A DNA stretch of 64,000 nucleotides. It comes from Candidatus Bathyarchaeota archaeon. Its GTDB lineage: Archaea; Thermoproteota; Bathyarchaeia; Bathyarchaeales; Bathycorpusculaceae. A program made the position numbers and the translations under genes. Position 1 is the first letter of the stretch. Every line of letters starts with the position of its first letter. Under the pieces are notes generated by a model, which ran no database searches, was not told the origin of the DNA, and saw nothing but the letters and a program-made list of their open reading frames with translations. The DNA lies in the NCBI GenBank assembly GCA_963707955.1, contig OY970176.1, positions 512,001 through 576,000 on the forward strand. The letters run 5' to 3'. Shown piece after piece: positions 60,450-64,000 of this stretch.

Positions 60450-62541
60450 CTACAAACCCTCCTAAGTTCTCATCTTGTTCTGAGGTTCGAATCCTTATTC
60501 CCTGATAGAATCGAGTTCGTATGCCCTTAACCATAGGACGACTCTGTTTGAACAGAATGTATTTTCTTAGCTTCATTAGCAGTATTTGATCCGAGAGTGG
60601 AACCTGAGACCGCTTCTTACAGAACTCATTAAAGACTATAGAAAGTTGCTTTAGACTTATCTCAGACTGGAGATCTGGAACAAGCATACTCTCTGTGAAA
60701 TCTTTGACTATATCAACCGTCCATATGGCCTGAGTCTCATGGCTATCTGTTTCAATGGTGAATCCTTTGTTATCTAAGAGTCTCTTTAAGCCAACTAGAG
60801 CTTTGTTCAATAGGCCTGAAAGTTCTGTGTCCGTCGTTAGCTTGTCTAGAAGGTTGTTATCCCTTTTACCATTCTCTTTGCTAAAGACTCTGTCAAAATT
60901 GAAGATCTGTGGTCTTCGATAGAAAGCATAGCTAGTGTCTGTTGTTTCCGGAAGTTGGTTAGCAACGAAGAGTAGCTTGGCGTAGTTTACGAAATATATT
61001 GGATCTTGATGGAACTTTACGTCTCCCTTGATTCTGGATCTGCCGGTCATTTCCTTAAACTTAGAACTGTCTCTAAGCGCTTGGGTGCTAAGTTCGTCTG
61101 CTACGTTTGCCAGCTTACCATATGAGAGAGCTGTCTTGAAATTGTCCCCTAGCTCTTGCATTGGGACATGGCTAACGTTATCTTCTCCTAGGAATTTGAT
61201 TAATAGATTAAGGAAAGTGGTCTTACCGTTCTCGCCTTCTCCGACCAAGAAGAAAGCCTTTTCAAATAGATAGTTGCGATAAAGACAGAACCCGAAAAAC
61301 TCCAAGATTGTTTCTATGTGTTTATTGCTCTCAAGCCATTCAGAGAGAGCTTTGTCTATCAATGGGCAGGTTGCTTTAGGATCGTATCTTATTGGAAGCT
61401 TATTGAGAAAAGGTACGCTTGGTGTATGTGGCTGCAATTCAAGAGTGTTTATGTCTAGAATACCGTTTTGGAGACAGATTAAGTTTAGAGGTACGTTATC
61501 AAAGTAGCTTTCTGCTACCGGTACGCTAAGCTTGATTCTAGAGAGCACCTGTTCAAAGTCTATCCTTTGATAATCATCCCCGAACTCGTTTACTATGGCT
61601 AAGCCTATTGTCTGTTCAGGTAACCCCCGGGCTTTGTATATCCCATCCTCGTAGATGAAAAGCTGTTGATTTGGTAGACAGATAAAAACATGCTCTTGCA
61701 TAAGCTGTCTGAAAACTCTAGCTCTCTTTTCGATAGTAACGTCAGACTTCTTATAATATGGTATTCTAGTCTTGAAAGCGCTTGTTACTTTCTCTAGAAT
61801 AGTCTGATCTGGTAAAGGCGGTGTGTTCTTCAAATTCCAACTGAGGAGAATATCTCTAACCTCTTCAAAGGTCCTCTTCTGGGCTCTAAGTTTGCTTGCC
61901 AATAGAATGGCGGTATTATCCCGTTCACCCTCAGCTACTCCATGACTGAGAAGAGTCTCTATATCGAGAAACTTGGTATTTCTATTTGCTTTGGGTTTAA
62001 GATTATAATGCTGTATAATCTCTTTGAAAGTGATGGATGCATCTTGAATAGAAAGAATTGGCTTATCTACGACTAGATCTGAGTACATATTGGCTAGATG
62101 CTTGCTTGAGAGAAAGTCTACGTTCTCAAAGTTCTCATCTATCTGTACTTCTAGATCTGATAAAAGGAATACGTGATAACCATGGTTGGGTGTTTTCTCT
62201 ACGTAAGTCCCCATATCCTTAAAGTCTTCGTCTCTCCATAACCCTAACCCCTTCTTGTCATCAAAGTCTATACAAACTAGAAACTTACCAGATCTTGTCT
62301 TTCCGAGTATGACAGAGAACCCGTCAGCTTGGTCCCATCGCTGGCTCTCAAACTCACCCGGGGCCATAAGAGCTGTCTGGTATTGATCCCACTTCTCAAG
62401 TGGCTTATGGAAAGCTTTACTCTTTCTAATTTCTGTCTTGGTTGGGATTACGCTGAATCCTTGATCATACCAATACTTAGCTTTAGTCTTGATAGACTCA
62501 GACGTCAAGAGGATCTCTCCTTGGATAGAATGTTCGCCCAC
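60442..62541 (-). CDS. Prim-Pol primase / PriCT / SF3 (D5-like) helicase fusion
   Basis: GFSVIP, CIDFD, TPNHGYHV, EGERDN, GEGENGKTT, NVADE, VANQLP, AFYRR. Confidence 0.9.
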   Translation of the reverse strand: MGEHSIQGEILLTSESIKTKAKYWYDQGFSVIPTKTEIRKSKAFHKPLEKWDQYQTALMAPGEFESQRWDQADGFSVILGKTRSGKFLVCIDFDDKKGLGLWRDEDFKDMGTYVEKTPNHGYHVFLLSDLEVQIDENFENVDFLSSKHLANMYSDLVVDKPILSIQDASITFKEIIQHYNLKPKANRNTKFLDIETLLSHGVAEGERDNTAILLASKLRAQKRTFEEVRDILLSWNLKNTPPLPDQTILEKVTSAFKTRIPYYKKSDVTIEKRARVFRQLMQEHVFICLPNQQLFIYEDGIYKARGLPEQTIGLAIVNEFGDDYQRIDFEQVLSRIKLSVPVAESYFDNVPLNLICLQNGILDINTLELQPHTPSVPFLNKLPIRYDPKATCPLIDKALSEWLESNKHIETILEFFGFCLYRNYLFEKAFFLVGEGENGKTTFLNLLIKFLGEDNVSHVPMQELGDNFKTALSYGKLANVADELSTQALRDSSKFKEMTGRSRIKGDVKFHQDPIYFVNYAKLLFVANQLPETTDTSYAFYRRPQIFNFDRVFSKENGKRDNNLLDKLTTDTELSGLLNKALVGLKRLLDNKGFTIETDSHETQAIWTVDIVKDFTESMLVPDLQSEISLKQLSIVFNEFCKKRSQVPLSDQILLMKLRKYILFKQSRPMVKGIRTRFYQGIRIRTSEQDENLGGFVDA

Positions 62542-62689
62542 AATTCTGGCATATGTACCGTTGAGTACGTCCGAACTTTCTTGTTACGAATGAACCGCCT
62601 AGGACAATATGATGGCTATGACAATCCGGGCACTCAAGACTAGAGCTGTCTGGCTTTCTTGGTCTGCCAACTTTATGCTTTTCCCGCAT
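62498..62689 (-). CDS. AT-hook plus zinc-ribbon DNA-binding protein
   Basis: GRPRK, CPDC...QRYICQNCGRTF; first gene of the minus-strand operon. Confidence 0.7.
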   Translation of the reverse strand: MREKHKVGRPRKPDSSSLECPDCHSHHIVLGGSFVTRKFGRTQRYICQNCGRTFYPRRDPLDV

Positions 62690-62967
62690 AGTTATACTCT
62701 CTATTACTTCACTAGGTATACTAGGGCACCAGAGAATTTAAACGTAGCTGTCACTCTTAGTGAATAAATATAAATTATTAGTCATTTCCTGAGTTTAATT
62801 CTGTAGATATACGAGCATGTTATACGGCTAGTTGTATTAATTGAAATTGTCTACCTAGATTGTCCTAGGGAGAGAATTTTAAGAGAGTAAAACTACAAAG
62901 ATAGAGGACCCGGGCTAGGGCTACAGATATATTATCATAATGATGAACTAGTTGGGTGCTTATAGAA

Positions 62968-63400
62968 AGTTACACTTTGCGGATGCCTATAAACGACGCT
63001 GATATTTGGTTTTCGGGTGCTGGCGGGGGTCGCATCAGTCAGTGACATTCTGGGCGACCGTAGTCGGTGCCGCTTTCTAATGCCTCTGGTGGCGTCAGCA
63101 TACTTTATCACTTCCAGCAGGCCTAAGCGGTGTAATTCCATATTTAGTGACACCGATAGCGACCGTAGACTGTTACTGTATGCTTGTAGAACACGTCCTT
63201 AGAATTTAACTTCTAGTGACGGGCTTATATATAATATGCTAGGAATTACACTATACAGTAAACTTAGTCAAATTGCGGTGTCACTACAAGCGGTCGCTCC
63301 CGGGGGTCGCCCGTAGCAAAACGATATCGTAGGTGTAACTGGCTAGGCGCGCTGATAAGGTCGTTAGGTAGGGGCACCGTAAGGTAGGCCCGAGATGCTG
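62968..63400. other. Non-coding region with at least twelve complementary segment pairs in non-nested order
   Basis: Pairs of 6-11 bp between 62968-63189 and 63242-63400; listed in findings. Confidence 0.65.
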
Positions 63401-63512
63401 CTATAGTTTACTATATACTACTATTAGGAAACTTAGGGGGAACTCAAAGAGAGGAATGGGATTTGACTGACAGTATAGCAGATTGGATCTAGATCATCAT
63501 TGTTACCATATG

Positions 63513-63676
63513 AAGCTAGAGGTCGGGCAAAACAATGGTCTTTTGTCTACCCTGTCCTACCTCACTATTTATTCTCCCTATAATTACACTATATTAAATA
63601 TCTACACTCTTACAGATAAATAAGAGGGGAGGTAGGGTAAGCTAGACAGGTCGGGCAAATTACCATCAAAGACCAT
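63513..63676. repeat. Direct and inverted repeats, possible origin or second structured domain
   Basis: AAGCTAGA(CA)GGTCGGGCAAA at 63513 and 63639; ATGGTCTTT/AAAGACCAT and CCTACCTC/GAGGTAGG inverted pairs. Confidence 0.55.
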
Positions 63677-64000
63677 AAGGCGATTGCCCAGAGTAGCCAA
63701 GGGCTCTCTATTAGCTCTCTACCCCCAATTGAAACTACCCGTGCATCCCTTTTAGTGAATAGAACTTAGATCTTACTCGGTACTTTAGCTATTCGCCAAC
63801 TATGCAACCAACAATGCATTATCTAACGTATTTCAAGTGAGGTATAAATAACAGTTGTCCCATGATCTAAACTGTGAGAATCTTGACAGTAAAGACATGG
63901 GGAGGACAGCCATACTTAGACACTAACCGCCATTCTAGTCCCAGAGAGATTTGCATAGCCCAAGATGATCTTTACTCTGAGCAGATGAAGATAGAGAACT

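Larger units (their letters stand above)
56010..64000. mobile_element. Integrated provirus or virus-satellite-like element, probably extending beyond the window
   Basis: Integrase, terminase large subunit and primase-helicase; abrupt shift to AT-richer, CTAG-rich sequence; attachment site not identified, left boundary approximate. Confidence 0.8.

Noticed and set aside
62498-62689. Similarity to IS1 InsA zinc ribbon
   Set aside because: No DDE transposase or IS ends nearby; it is coupled to the primase operon.
62935-63202. Two short ORFs in the structured region
   Set aside because: No motifs or ribosome-binding sites; base pairing explains the region better.
1-64000. CRISPR array, cas genes, rRNA
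   Set aside because: No regularly spaced repeats, cas motifs or rRNA signatures seen.

Overview
Archaeal chromosomal window, most consistent with Bathyarchaeia (TACK); this is inferred from the gene set (egsA, TFB, aIF1, single-OB SSB, PolB2 operon, BHB tRNA introns). Housekeeping genes alternate with single accessory stress and metal genes. Main observations: (1) a ~5.8 kb integrated rolling-circle element (38581-44398) whose split integrase carries, antisense and in frame, the 5' half of tRNA-Pro(GGG) including a D-loop intron, with a different intron at each end; (2) an integrated virus/satellite-like element from ~56000 to the window end (integrase, terminase large subunit, primase-helicase, no visible capsid or portal) with a compact multi-branch RNA-like fold and a ~430 bp region of extensive non-nested complementarity; (3) an iterated intergenic GCGCGC palindrome that bounds accessory genes and forms the ends of a MITE-like family, one copy carrying a cupin gene; (4) tRNA-Gln(TTG) with a BHB intron at the unusual 10/11 position; (5) a thiolase lacking its catalytic residues next to a DUF35-HMG-CoA synthase fusion; (6) three +1 frameshifts sharing the context GGTCTG, probably a systematic sequencing artefact. 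All calls come from reading the sequence; no searches or folding programs were run.
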